Shown here in pieces: positions 1 to 9,948 of a DNA stretch of 64,000 nucleotides. Below the pieces are notes generated by a model. That model did no database searches. It saw nothing but the letters and a program-made list of their open reading frames with translations, and was not told the origin of the DNA. This DNA is from Acidobacteriota bacterium (lineage in GTDB: Bacteria; Acidobacteriota; UBA6911), in the NCBI GenBank assembly GCA_963664705.1, contig OY761556.1:1728001-1792000 (forward strand). The letters run 5' to 3'. The position numbers and the translations under genes were made by a program. The first letter of the stretch is position 1; each line of letters opens with the position of its first letter.

Positions 1-490
1 TTACAAAACCTGGATTCGCCAGTAACACGACCGGCGTGCCAAAGCCCTCGATAGCTATTCCGTTATAGACGAGGAACTTTGTGCAGGACCCTCAATCTCC
101 GACCAGCAAAATGACCGCATCGACTCCCTTGGCCCAGGCAATGAATTGGTCGCGGTTTTTGGTTTCGGTTTCCACGACATTCCATTCCGTGGAATTGAAA
201 GTTCGAATGTCGGAGTCCGGATACATGGACTTCAATCTTCTTTCGAGTGCCAATCCAATGGGGCGCGCCGCGCGCTTGTAATTGACAAACAATCCTATCT
301 TCTTCCCGGCGAGGCCGTCTATGCGCGGCGAAATACCCTTGAGCGGAATAGGATCCACTTCCGCCCACGGACTCAGAACTTCATACCGAATCGGCGGCGA
401 TGCTTGAGCAAATAGCATGTGCGAAGGCACCTGTGCCGCTGCCAGGGCAACGAGCAATCCCAGGGCCCAACGAATACCAAATCTGGGCAT
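1..490 (-). CDS. UGSC-family selenoprotein with N-terminal signal peptide; in-frame TGA (92-94) read as Sec; 3' end runs off the window
   Basis: The track ORF ends ...VILLVGD*, but the frame continues TGA GGG TCC TGC ACA = U-G-S-C-T and stays open to base 2 (KFLVYNGIAIEGFGTPVVLLANPGFV). The upstream part (PRIDGLAGKKIGL..N.K) is typical of the family. GGAGG precedes ATG at 490. Confidence 0.85.
41..80 (-). promoter_or_regulatory. Candidate bacterial SECIS hairpin downstream of the Sec codon
   Basis: On the minus strand AAAGTTCCTCG pairs with CGAGGGCTTT, with an inner CTAT/ATAG stem and an AACGGA loop. The stem starts 11 nt after the UGA. Folded by eye. Confidence 0.55.
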
Positions 491-592
491 AATGCTGACC
501 TCCATGCAATTGTTTATAAAGAGAAGGGGGCGATTATATCGCGATTTCGCGGAGTAAACAGAATTAACTCAGGATGAAAAAGGGTGGGAATT

Positions 593-628
593 TGGGGTCT
601 CGCCGGTATCCGAAATGGCGAGGCCCCA
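593..628 (-). terminator. GC-rich hairpin just after the kinase stop, possible terminator
   Basis: TGGGGTCTCGCC-N12-GGCGAGGCCCCA; no immediate U-tract. Confidence 0.45.
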
Positions 629-638
629 GAAGAGCGAT

Positions 639-3600
639 TCAGTTCAGCTTCCAGTTGCTGCCGAAAGCCTGGCGTCGGGCAGCGGATAATGCCTCTCGTA
701 ATTCGCTTTTTCGATAGGGCTTGCTAAGGAATACCTGAGGCAATTCTGCGCGGCCTTCTTTCCCAATCTGTGCCATGGCATATCCACTTGCAAGCACCAC
801 CGGAATTTCCGGACGGATTTTCCTAATGGCGGACAGAACTTCCCAGCCATCCATTCGAGGCATGGAAAGGTCCAGCAGTACGCAAGTGATCGTATCCTTG
901 TGCTCGCGAAACAGATTTACCGCTTCGACTCCATCGATGGCGGATAAGACTTTGTAGCCCAAACGCTCAACGATGCTGCAGGTCAGATTGCGGACCGACT
1001 CTTCATCTTCAGCAACCAGGACAATCCCCTCAAGAGGTCCTGCCGCAACCAGAGGACTCGGCGAGTCTTCGATGGGAGGTGCCTCCAGTCCGGAAACTGG
1101 CAGGAAGATCCGGAATGTTGTGCCAAATCCCAATTTTGAATCAATCGAGATGCCTCCCCTGTATCTGCGGACAACGCCCAGGACAAGGGATAATCCGAGG
1201 CCGCGACCAACGAACTTGGTTGAAAAGAAGGGATCAAAAACGCTTCCGACTATGGCGGGATCCAGACCGCAGCCGGTATCCTCAACGGCAAGGCTGATAT
1301 ATCGTTCTTCGCTTGGTTTCCAATCGGCGGGGAAAAGGCGCGCCCCCTGGAGCTTTTCAGCTTGAATGGTGCGAAGGGAGATGCGGATGGCGCCATCCTG
1401 ATCGCCAATGGCTTCTCCCGCATTCATGACGAGATTCGTAATGATCTGGCGGATATGTCCAGGATCCGCCACAATGGTCGGCCCGGGGAAGGGAATTTCC
1501 GTTGTGATCCGAACCTTTTTGGAGATTGCTTCGCTGGGCAGGACCAGTGCATCGCGGATAATGGCAGCAAGGTCGATGGGATCGACTTCACCGCTGGCCT
1601 GCCCAAGATAGACAAGCATCGATCTGCTTACATCCGCTGCGCGGTGCGATGCCTTCATCGCTTCTTTCAGGTGATCCTTCAGTCCGGGAAGATTGGGAAC
1701 ATCCTCCAGCGCCAGTTCGAGGTTTCCGAGAACCACGGACAGCATATTGTTAAAGTGATGTGCGATGGCGGCGGCCATGCGGCCCAGGCTTTCGGATTTT
1801 TGAACCTGGAAGAGTTTTCGCTCCAGGTCCAACCGATCGTTTTCCCCTTTGAGGCGTTCAGAAATATCGCGCGATATGCCGAGAATTGCCGGTTGGCCGC
1901 TCCATTGGGCGCGGACGATCCTGGTTTCCACGGGGATCGAATTTCCGGATTTTGTATGGAGGGGGATGGGGCAGAATTCCCGCGTTCCGGCCAGCATGTC
2001 GGAAATAATCTGCTCAGCCTCTTCTCGCCGATTCGGCGGATGAATCTGATGAACGGATTGCCCGATAAGCTCTCCTGCGGCATATTCGAGGCGATGCTCG
2101 GCAACCGGATTGGTGAAGATGATTTTACCCTGCTCATCGATGACGAAGACGAAATCCTGAAGCGAACTGAAAAGAGTTTCGAGGTTCTGTCGGAATTCCC
2201 GAAGCCGCTCTCCCGTTTTTATGCGCGCAATTGCCCCGCCAAGCTGAGCCGCAATCATTTCCAGCGCATTTCGGAATGGAATCGGAATTTCGTCATGCGA
2301 GTGGGATGCAACGTTAAGAACGGCGATGACGCGACTGTTATGCAATACCGGAATTACGGCAATCGCACGCAGTTCTTCACCCGTGGTTGCGGATTTGGCC
2401 TCCGGAAAGAGTTCCTGGTAAATCCGATATACAGGTTTTCCTGAAAGAGCAAGGCTAACCTGCGGGCTATCAGATCCAAGGCGCTGAGCGTTTTCCACAA
2501 ATTCGCTGGAGAGACCGCGGTGAACAATCAAATTGAGTCCTCCGTCACCATCGTCTCTAAGGTATACACCGCCGCAATCGGCTATTCCGAGATTGCAGAT
2601 CGTCTCAATGACGCGGTTGAGGGCGTCCAGGAGGTCTGTTGACGAACTCAGCGCGATGGCAAGATCTCGCTGAGCATTGGAAAGATCCATCAGTTGGTGC
2701 GCTTCCGAATTGTCCAGGTTGGTTCCCATCATTCTTAGCGGATGGTTGTTGCTATCTCGCTGGACAACCTTGCCTTTGGAGAGAATCCACTTCCATTCAT
2801 TCTTTCCCGTGAGCAGCCTGTGTTCAACTTCAAAGAATGGCGACTTCCCATCCAGATGCGGCTGCAGAGCTTCTTTTATCAGCGGCAGATCATCCGGATG
2901 AACCATTCCGCTCAGATCGTTGCTGGTAAGTGAGAGGCCGGGATCTCGATCCAGCATTCGAAACCACTGTTTGTTGAAGGCGAAGGTGCCAGTCGAGATG
3001 TCCCAATCCCACATTCCCATCCGACCACTATCCAGGGCCAGTTCAAGCCGTTGTCCCTGCATTGCTAACTGGTCTTGAGCCCTTTTGGCATCTGAGAAAT
3101 CGGAAATGACCTTAATGGCTCCGATCAATTCTCCTTTAGCGTCATAATATGGGAAGGCGCGTGAGAAAAACCAATTCCCGTATCCGGATGAATCCGGCAT
3201 ATGAGAGATGTCCTGGTGCGATAGCTGATCTTTGAATACTTCCACCGCTGAACAGGAATCACAAACTTGTTCTCGACCCCGTAAGACCTTATAGCAGGGC
3301 TGATGGAGTATTTCGGATGACATTCCGAATAGGGCCTCCGCCGTGCGATTGGCATATTGAAGCTTCATGTCGCGGGAGATGATGAACAAGCCGTCCTGAA
3401 CATTGGAGAGGATTTGTGCCTGGGTCCGGATCAGTTGTTCTCCCTGGCGTTGTTCCGTAATATCATCTGCCACGCATACAACATAAGCGATATTGCCCGC
3501 GTCATCCATTTTAGGAGTTTTTCTTATCGCCAACAGGCGCCGTTCCCCTTGGCCGTTGGGTACCCATTCTTCGGCATACACAGATTGCCGTGTTCGAAAC

Positions 3601-5102
3601 AACTCCATGTTGCTTTCGCGGCACACTTGCGCGACATCGGGAGGCAGGAATTCATCCAGTTTTTTGCCTGCTGCCCGGGAAACTGAAATGCCGAGAAAGT
3701 CCGCATGAGCCTTGTTCAGGTTGGCATAGGTGTTGATATCGGTTAAGTACCAGATCTGAGTTTCGATGTTGTCTAACAACAGCGATTGTTCATCCGTCTT
3801 AGCCCGCAGGGCATCCGTAATTCTCAAGTTTTCAATGAGGAGTCGACTGTTTTCGTCCGCTGTTTTTGCCGGCTGCGATAGTTCATTGCCCAGAGCCAAT
3901 AGCGCAATGACCAGGTTGTTGTGGCGGAGCAGCGCATCATCGGCCAATCCTTGTTCTCCAAAGGAATAGCAGCCAACCAGCGGGGCATTGGGCAGAATGG
4001 CCTGAAGTGCTTCAATCTCTTCCGAGGTGCGACGCCTTAAAATGCGGGGCCGAAGGGCGCAGGAAAATGCCAGAATCAATGAAGGCTGGGCAATATGCGC
4101 TCGCCACAGGGCTTTGCGCGCTGCGGTCGGAGCGGCCTCAATGATTTCGTCGGAATCAGCGGCCATTACAATCAACACGGCTCCCTGGACAACCGGTTGA
4201 GTCATTCGGATGCCGCCTTGAGGCGTGATGAAGCTGGCCACATTGACGCTATATTGGCCAAAAGCATCGGCGGTTCCACACGGTTTTTGTGTTAGGAGCG
4301 TAAGATGCTTCCCCTCCAGTTCGTTGCGCTCCATTTCCACCAGCTCGGCGTAGACATCGGCTGCAGGCCGTCCATCGAGTTCGATAACTTCGTGCCCTTG
4401 GCATCGCGTTACGGTTGCCCGGCGGCTTGTGGGTTTGAATCCGTGAGACATCGCCATTCCGAAGGCGAGGCGAGTGCGGAAAAGGACGAACAAAAGGCTA
4501 TCGGGATGGGCTTCCGTTCCGCAAAGTACGAAGTTGGTATCCATCCGCCAATCATCCGCCGCGCAGCCCCCAATAATGGGGAATCGGTCATTGGATAAGC
4601 CTTTTATCTTCTCAAGAATTTCAAATCCGCAGCAATTGGACTGCTGCGTGTTGCCCGGGGAGAAGAGCATTCCGAATACGTTCTCTCCCTTCCGGGTCAA
4701 TTCGGACCAGGTATCATCCTTTGCTTCGGAAAAGAAATCGCATAGCCCCTCCGCGGAGAGCGCTTCGTCAACTGCCGCAGCCCAGTTTCTCGAGACATTT
4801 CGGCCCAATCCCATTTCGACCTGAAGATAGGGAGATGCCAGTGCCGTGACCACCACGCTTCCCTCATGAACCCCGTTGCAGATTTCGCCTGCGGTGGTGA
4901 TTCCTGCCAGGGGAGCATCTCCCATCACGCTGGCGATGCCGGCAAGAAGACGTTGGAGGTCATAGCGAATGGAGGCGAAAACCAGGACAACAGATATGTC
5001 ATAGTTTTTAATTCCGCTCCGGGCTTGTTTTGCAGCCAAAACGCCGCACTCATAGGAGTCGTCCGCCCTAGATGTACCATAGCCAACTTCAATCAAATTC
5101 AT
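639..5102 (-). CDS. Hybrid sensor histidine kinase: FIST-N/FIST-C, multiple PAS, GAF, HisKA, HATPase, REC
   Basis: FIST motifs (GITTAGEI, GGCAADD, FSCALR, GCYSFGEQG); PAS/PAC repeats; H-box IAHHFNNML; PFFSTKFVGRGLGL; receiver EDEE/LLDLSMP/LSKP. Confidence 0.9.
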   Translation of the reverse strand: MNLIEVGYGTSRADDSYECGVLAAKQARSGIKNYDISVVLVFASIRYDLQRLLAGIASVMGDAPLAGITTAGEICNGVHEGSVVVTALASPYLQVEMGLGRNVSRNWAAAVDEALSAEGLCDFFSEAKDDTWSELTRKGENVFGMLFSPGNTQQSNCCGFEILEKIKGLSNDRFPIIGGCAADDWRMDTNFVLCGTEAHPDSLLFVLFRTRLAFGMAMSHGFKPTSRRATVTRCQGHEVIELDGRPAADVYAELVEMERNELEGKHLTLLTQKPCGTADAFGQYSVNVASFITPQGGIRMTQPVVQGAVLIVMAADSDEIIEAAPTAARKALWRAHIAQPSLILAFSCALRPRILRRRTSEEIEALQAILPNAPLVGCYSFGEQGLADDALLRHNNLVIALLALGNELSQPAKTADENSRLLIENLRITDALRAKTDEQSLLLDNIETQIWYLTDINTYANLNKAHADFLGISVSRAAGKKLDEFLPPDVAQVCRESNMELFRTRQSVYAEEWVPNGQGERRLLAIRKTPKMDDAGNIAYVVCVADDITEQRQGEQLIRTQAQILSNVQDGLFIISRDMKLQYANRTAEALFGMSSEILHQPCYKVLRGREQVCDSCSAVEVFKDQLSHQDISHMPDSSGYGNWFFSRAFPYYDAKGELIGAIKVISDFSDAKRAQDQLAMQGQRLELALDSGRMGMWDWDISTGTFAFNKQWFRMLDRDPGLSLTSNDLSGMVHPDDLPLIKEALQPHLDGKSPFFEVEHRLLTGKNEWKWILSKGKVVQRDSNNHPLRMMGTNLDNSEAHQLMDLSNAQRDLAIALSSSTDLLDALNRVIETICNLGIADCGGVYLRDDGDGGLNLIVHRGLSSEFVENAQRLGSDSPQVSLALSGKPVYRIYQELFPEAKSATTGEELRAIAVIPVLHNSRVIAVLNVASHSHDEIPIPFRNALEMIAAQLGGAIARIKTGERLREFRQNLETLFSSLQDFVFVIDEQGKIIFTNPVAEHRLEYAAGELIGQSVHQIHPPNRREEAEQIISDMLAGTREFCPIPLHTKSGNSIPVETRIVRAQWSGQPAILGISRDISERLKGENDRLDLERKLFQVQKSESLGRMAAAIAHHFNNMLSVVLGNLELALEDVPNLPGLKDHLKEAMKASHRAADVSRSMLVYLGQASGEVDPIDLAAIIRDALVLPSEAISKKVRITTEIPFPGPTIVADPGHIRQIITNLVMNAGEAIGDQDGAIRISLRTIQAEKLQGARLFPADWKPSEERYISLAVEDTGCGLDPAIVGSVFDPFFSTKFVGRGLGLSLVLGVVRRYRGGISIDSKLGFGTTFRIFLPVSGLEAPPIEDSPSPLVAAGPLEGIVLVAEDEESVRNLTCSIVERLGYKVLSAIDGVEAVNLFREHKDTITCVLLDLSMPRMDGWEVLSAIRKIRPEIPVVLASGYAMAQIGKEGRAELPQVFLSKPYRKSELREALSAARRQAFGSNWKLN

Positions 5103-5898
5103 GCAAACACTCCTGCTGCAGGGGAGATTCTGTCAGGGACGGCTGCGTTCGAGGTATACGAATATCCGCATGAACTGGAGCGTGAAAATGAGCTTGCAGC
5201 AATTGGTTCGATGTACCCGTATTTTGAATCAAAACCTGTCCTAAACCTGCCAGTCTGTACGATATGTCAAAACGAATGCCTATCCTACAATCTATACTCG
5301 GGTTTTAATACCAAGAGATTCCATGGGCCATGAGCTAAAACAATCATCATCTCATTATCGTCCTGTTGAGGGAGAAACTATAACTGCGAAAGGGGCTTGC
5401 TTGAGAAAGCGAAATTTCATCAGAAAAAGGAGGCCTGCAACAAAAGCGATGCGGGCCCGATTTATTCCGGTTGGCAGAAGGTTTGCGCTTTGGCTCACGA
5501 CTGTTGCTCAAATTTCCAGCTTGTATTATTATGATTTCAAACGTATTCCCAAAATAGTGATGAGACGTTCATGAAGGGGCAACCCCCATGAAGCGATCCG
5601 GATGGTGCCTATTGTGGTCAGCAGTCATTTTCGCAGGGATTGGCCGCGAGAGTGTGATTGTCGCGCTTTCCATGCCACGATAAAGGCAGTCCGTTCATGA
5701 GCGTCATGCCCGGATAGTAGTGAAAATGAATTATGAAGCCGGGATGGGATGCCGAAAAGGTAGGCAGCTATGCCAGGGCGAAACGACCCAGGCGCTGCAA
5801 CCAGCGATCGATCGATTCACTCGCGCAAAACGGCTCAAGCTAAGTTATAAAGTTGGTCAATATCAAGGATTGAATCACCGCCAGAAAAGGAGTGTGAC

Positions 5899-7020
5899 AT
5901 GTCCATCTACCGCCCAAGTATTTGGGAACAGGCACAGCAGCAGGGATTGTCTCGCCGCGAATTTCTGAAATTCTGTAGCTGGATCAGCGCCGCACTTGGA
6001 CTTGAGCAAATGGGAGTAGCTCAGGTGGTCAAAGCGCTCGATTCCAAGCCTCGACTTCCCGTTGTCTGGTTTCACTTTCAGGAATGCACCTGTTGCAGTG
6101 AGTCCTTCCTCCGGTCTTCGCATCCTACGGTGGGAAAGCTGCTCCTCGATACGATTTCGCTGGACTACACGGAAACGCTGCAGGCGGCATCCGGTCAGCA
6201 TGCGGAAGAAGCTTTGCACGAGACCATGGCGAAATATCGAGGGGAGTACCTGATGATGGTGGAGGGGTCGGTGCCATCGGCCGACGGAGGAATCTATTGC
6301 TGTATAGGCGGTCGTACCGCGACGGACATTGTTCAGGAAGCCGCAGCGGGTGCGAAAGCGGTCATTGCATGGGGAAGTTGTGCATCCAATGGTTGTATGC
6401 AGGCTGCGCGGCCGAATCCGACCGGAGCACAGCCCATTCGCGAAGTGATTTCGGGCAAGCCGATCGTCAATGTGCCTGGATGTCCGCCGATAGGCGAAGT
6501 TATGGCAGGCGTCATCGTGCATTTACTGGCCTTTGATCGCATCCCGCAGCTGGACGGGGCGGGAAGGCCGAAAGCTTTTTACTCGCGACGGGTTCACGAT
6601 ACCTGTTACCGGAGACCGAATTACGATGCCGGGCTTTTTGTTGAATCCTTTGATGATGAAAATGCCCGAAGAGGTTTCTGTCTGTATCGGATGGGGTGTC
6701 GCGGGCCGGTGACATATAACTCCTGCGGAGTCATGCGCTGGAATGAGGGGGTGAGCTATCCAATACAATCCGGGCATGGATGTATTGGCTGCAGCGAAAG
6801 CAGCTATTGGGATAACGGGCCATTTTATCGCCATTTGGCATCATTCCCCGGTTTTGGAATTGAAAAGACTGCAGATACGATCGGAATGGTTCTTGGTGCG
6901 GGCACGGCGGTCGGCATCGCGGCGCACGCCGTTGTCACGAATGTCCGCAAGCACCAGATCATTGCTGAGGGAGTTGAGGAAAGCAAGCGTCAGGCAGAAC
7001 TCGAGAAAGGAGATGAATAA
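5899..7020 (+). CDS. hyaA: [NiFe]-hydrogenase small subunit, Tat-exported, with C-terminal membrane anchor
   Basis: SRREFLK Tat motif; ECTCCSES, GSCASNGC, PGCPP, HDTCYRR, CLYRMGC, GCIGC; C-terminal hydrophobic helix; AGGAG RBS. Confidence 0.93.
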   Translation: MSIYRPSIWEQAQQQGLSRREFLKFCSWISAALGLEQMGVAQVVKALDSKPRLPVVWFHFQECTCCSESFLRSSHPTVGKLLLDTISLDYTETLQAASGQHAEEALHETMAKYRGEYLMMVEGSVPSADGGIYCCIGGRTATDIVQEAAAGAKAVIAWGSCASNGCMQAARPNPTGAQPIREVISGKPIVNVPGCPPIGEVMAGVIVHLLAFDRIPQLDGAGRPKAFYSRRVHDTCYRRPNYDAGLFVESFDDENARRGFCLYRMGCRGPVTYNSCGVMRWNEGVSYPIQSGHGCIGCSESSYWDNGPFYRHLASFPGFGIEKTADTIGMVLGAGTAVGIAAHAVVTNVRKHQIIAEGVEESKRQAELEKGDE

Positions 7021-8738
7021 TGGCAAACCGCATCGTTATTGACCCGATTACAAGAATTGAGGGCCATCTTCGAGTAGAAGTGGAAGTAAAAAATGGTGTG
7101 GTTGTTGATGCCTACAGCTCCGGAACCATGGTGCGCGGGATGGAAGCCATCCTCAAAGGCCGTGATCCGAGAGATGCCTGGGCGTTTACCCAAAGAGCGT
7201 GTGGTGTCTGCACGACCGTTCATGCATTGACTTCGGTGCGATGCGTCGAAGATGCATTGGGGATTGTTGTTCCCCCCAATGCCGAGATTATCAGAAACAT
7301 CATGGCATGCGCCGTTCAGATGCACGACCACATTGTCCATTTCTACCACCTTCACGCATTGGATTGGGTCGACGTGGTGAGTGCTCTGAAGGCGGATCCG
7401 GCGAAAACTTCCGAAATCGCCACCAGCATTTCGCGCTGGCCCAAGAGCTCGGCCAAGTATTTCTCCGATCTTCAGAAGCGTCTCAGTGCGTTTGTCGGAA
7501 GCGGACAACTCGGGATCTTCGCCAAAGGCTATTGGGGACATTCCGCATACAAGCTTCCGCCGGAAGTCAATCTCATCGGGGTGGCACATTATCTGGAGGC
7601 ACTGGAGTGGCAGAAGGAGATTGTCAAGATTCATGCCATTCTGGGCGGAAAGAATCCGCATCCGAACTACCTGGTCGGGGGCGTGCCCTGCGCGATCAAC
7701 CTGGATGAGGCCAATGCCCTTAATGCGGAACGCCTCGCCATGATTGGCACTCTATTGGATGAGGCCCAGGATTTTGTGGAGATGGTCTATCTGCCGGATC
7801 TTATGGCCATTGCATCCTTTTATAAGGATTGGGGTGCGATAGGAGGCGGATTGCCGAATTACCTGGTCTATGGTGATATGCCGACTAATGGATATCGGGA
7901 CCACTCCAAATACAAATTCCCGCAAGGAATCATACTGAACAGAAATTTGAACGAGGTCCTGCCGCTTGATGGGAAAAACCCGGACGAAATTCAGGAGTTC
8001 ATAGCCCGGTCCTGGTATGAATATGCGGAAGGAGACCAGGTAGGGAAGCATCCATGGGCAGGGGAGACGCGTCTGAAATATTCGGGCCCGAAACCGCCTT
8101 ATCAATTCCTCGAAGTCGACAAGAAATACAGTTGGCTCAAGACCCCTCGCTGGAAGGGGCATCCCATGGAAGTGGGACCTTTGTCGCGGATGCTGGTTGG
8201 CTATGCAGCCGGCAACACCGAAATAAAGGATGTGGTGACCGAGGCATTAAAACAGCTCCAGGTGCCGGTGGAGGCTCTCTTTTCCACTCTGGGGCGCACT
8301 GCCGCCAGAGGATTGGAAACCCGTCTGATTGCCCGATGGGCCAAGGAATTCTATGCGCAGCTGCTCGCGAATATCAAGAACGGGGACAGCCGTACATTCA
8401 ACAACGAAAAATGGAATCCGGAAGTCTGGCCGACAGAAGCCAAAGGAATCGGCATGTCGGAAGCTCCTCGCGGCGCGCTGGCTCACTTCATAGTAATCAA
8501 GGACAAGCAGATCGAGAATTATCAACTCGTTGTGCCGTCGACTTGGAATGGATCCCCGCGGGATGCGCAGAATCAGATGTCGGCCTATGAAGCCTCTCTG
8601 ATCGGAACCCCCGTACCTAACCCTGAACAGCCGGTCGAAATTCTACGCACTATCCATTCCTTTGACCCCTGCCTGGGCTGTGCGGTTCATCTTTACGATG
8701 AAAAGCAACGGAGTCTGCATAGGGTCAATCTCACATAG
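7020..8738 (+). CDS. hyaB: [NiFe]-hydrogenase large subunit (group 1 uptake type)
   Basis: DPITRIEGH; L1 QRACGVC; L2 DPCLGCAVH followed by a cleavable C-terminal extension; start overlaps the hyaA stop. Confidence 0.95.
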   Translation: MANRIVIDPITRIEGHLRVEVEVKNGVVVDAYSSGTMVRGMEAILKGRDPRDAWAFTQRACGVCTTVHALTSVRCVEDALGIVVPPNAEIIRNIMACAVQMHDHIVHFYHLHALDWVDVVSALKADPAKTSEIATSISRWPKSSAKYFSDLQKRLSAFVGSGQLGIFAKGYWGHSAYKLPPEVNLIGVAHYLEALEWQKEIVKIHAILGGKNPHPNYLVGGVPCAINLDEANALNAERLAMIGTLLDEAQDFVEMVYLPDLMAIASFYKDWGAIGGGLPNYLVYGDMPTNGYRDHSKYKFPQGIILNRNLNEVLPLDGKNPDEIQEFIARSWYEYAEGDQVGKHPWAGETRLKYSGPKPPYQFLEVDKKYSWLKTPRWKGHPMEVGPLSRMLVGYAAGNTEIKDVVTEALKQLQVPVEALFSTLGRTAARGLETRLIARWAKEFYAQLLANIKNGDSRTFNNEKWNPEVWPTEAKGIGMSEAPRGALAHFIVIKDKQIENYQLVVPSTWNGSPRDAQNQMSAYEASLIGTPVPNPEQPVEILRTIHSFDPCLGCAVHLYDEKQRSLHRVNLT

Positions 8739-8747
8739 GAGGGACGC

Positions 8748-9431
8748 ATGGAACCGACGACGATTCGCAGAATCTACGTGTGGGGACTTCCTGTGCGCTT
8801 TTATCACTGGCTGAATATGCTTTGCATCATCATGCTGATCGGCACAGGACTGGTAATCGGACGTCCCTGGAGCTTGCAGGTAGGTGGAGAGGCTTATACC
8901 GGGTATTGGTTTGGCACGGTGCGCTTCATCCACTTCCTTGCGGCGTTTCTTTTCTTTTTCAATTTCGTATTTCGGCTTTACTGGGGATTTGTGGGAAACA
9001 GGTATGCGCGGTGGCCTGTGTTTATTCCCTTCAAGAAAAAGCAGTGGGTTGAAATCGGTGAGGTCTTGAAGGTGGATATACTTCAGGCAGAGGTTAAGCC
9101 GCTGCACTCCATTGGGCATAACAGCCTGGCCGGATTGACATACTTTTTTTCATTCCTGGCCTTCCTCTTCCAATCGGTGACAGGATTTGGAATCTATTCG
9201 GCGATGAGCCATTCCTGGTTGCCGAAATTGTTCGCGTGGGTTATTCCCATAATGGGAGGGGATTTTGCCGCGCGGCAGTGGCATCACGCGATGATGTGGT
9301 TTTTTATCGTGTTCAGCATGATTCATGTCTACCTGGTTTTCTACCATGATTACGTTGAGGGGCGAGGCGTGATTTCCTCGATGGCAAGCGGTTGGAAGTA
9401 CATCGAGGAACGGGGTGGAGAAGGGAAATAG
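8748..9431 (+). CDS. hyaC: Hydrogenase b-type cytochrome subunit
   Basis: PVRFYHW, RFIHF, GHNSLA, RQWHH..IHVY heme-ligating His in TM helices. Confidence 0.92.
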   Translation: MEPTTIRRIYVWGLPVRFYHWLNMLCIIMLIGTGLVIGRPWSLQVGGEAYTGYWFGTVRFIHFLAAFLFFFNFVFRLYWGFVGNRYARWPVFIPFKKKQWVEIGEVLKVDILQAEVKPLHSIGHNSLAGLTYFFSFLAFLFQSVTGFGIYSAMSHSWLPKLFAWVIPIMGGDFAARQWHHAMMWFFIVFSMIHVYLVFYHDYVEGRGVISSMASGWKYIEERGGEGK

Positions 9432-9466
9432 ACGCAAAGCCGCAGCCTTTTGTTCCGGAGATACTG

Positions 9467-9946
9467 ATGTCTAAGGCGAAGCATACCCTGGTTTTAGGTA
9501 TTGGAAATTACCTGATGGGGGATGAGGGAGTCGGGATTCATGCGGTCCAATATTTGCAGCGCCAAGCATGGCCATCTGATATTGAGTTCATGGATGGTGG
9601 TACCGGTGGCTTTCATTTGTTGAGTTTGTTTGAGGAATTCAGTCCAGTTATTATCATCGATGCCTGCATGGATGATAATCCGCCTGGAACTGTCCGTGTG
9701 TTCCATCCGCAATTTGGATCCGAATTCCCGCCGCTGCTGAGCATGCATGAGATTGGATTGCGCGATCTGCTCGAATCGGCCGTCTTGCTGAATACAACTC
9801 CGGAAGTGCAGTTGATTGCGATCTCCATTTCGAATATGGAAGATCTGACGATCGAGCTCACCCCTGAGGCGAAGGGCGCTATGCCGGGAATCGAATCAGC
9901 GGTTCGGTCCTTACTGGAAGCGCCAGCAAGCCGGCGCTTCCAGTAA
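9467..9946 (+). CDS. hyaD: Hydrogenase maturation endopeptidase
   Basis: LGIGNYLMGDEGVG, DGGT, IIIDA, SMHEIGL; GGAG precedes ATG at 9467. Confidence 0.92.
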   Translation: MSKAKHTLVLGIGNYLMGDEGVGIHAVQYLQRQAWPSDIEFMDGGTGGFHLLSLFEEFSPVIIIDACMDDNPPGTVRVFHPQFGSEFPPLLSMHEIGLRDLLESAVLLNTTPEVQLIAISISNMEDLTIELTPEAKGAMPGIESAVRSLLEAPASRRFQ

Positions 9947-9948
9947 GA

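Noticed and set aside
1362-2444. 360-aa plus-strand ORF
   Set aside because: Antisense shadow of the FIST kinase; no recognisable motifs.
4866-5968. Short plus-strand ORFs around the kinase/hya intergenic region
   Set aside because: No family motifs or convincing RBS; they overlap real genes or promoter DNA.
8660-8690. Possible [NiFeSe] hydrogenase, given apparent Sec usage
   Set aside because: The L2 motif is DPCLGC with Cys codons and no in-frame TGA.
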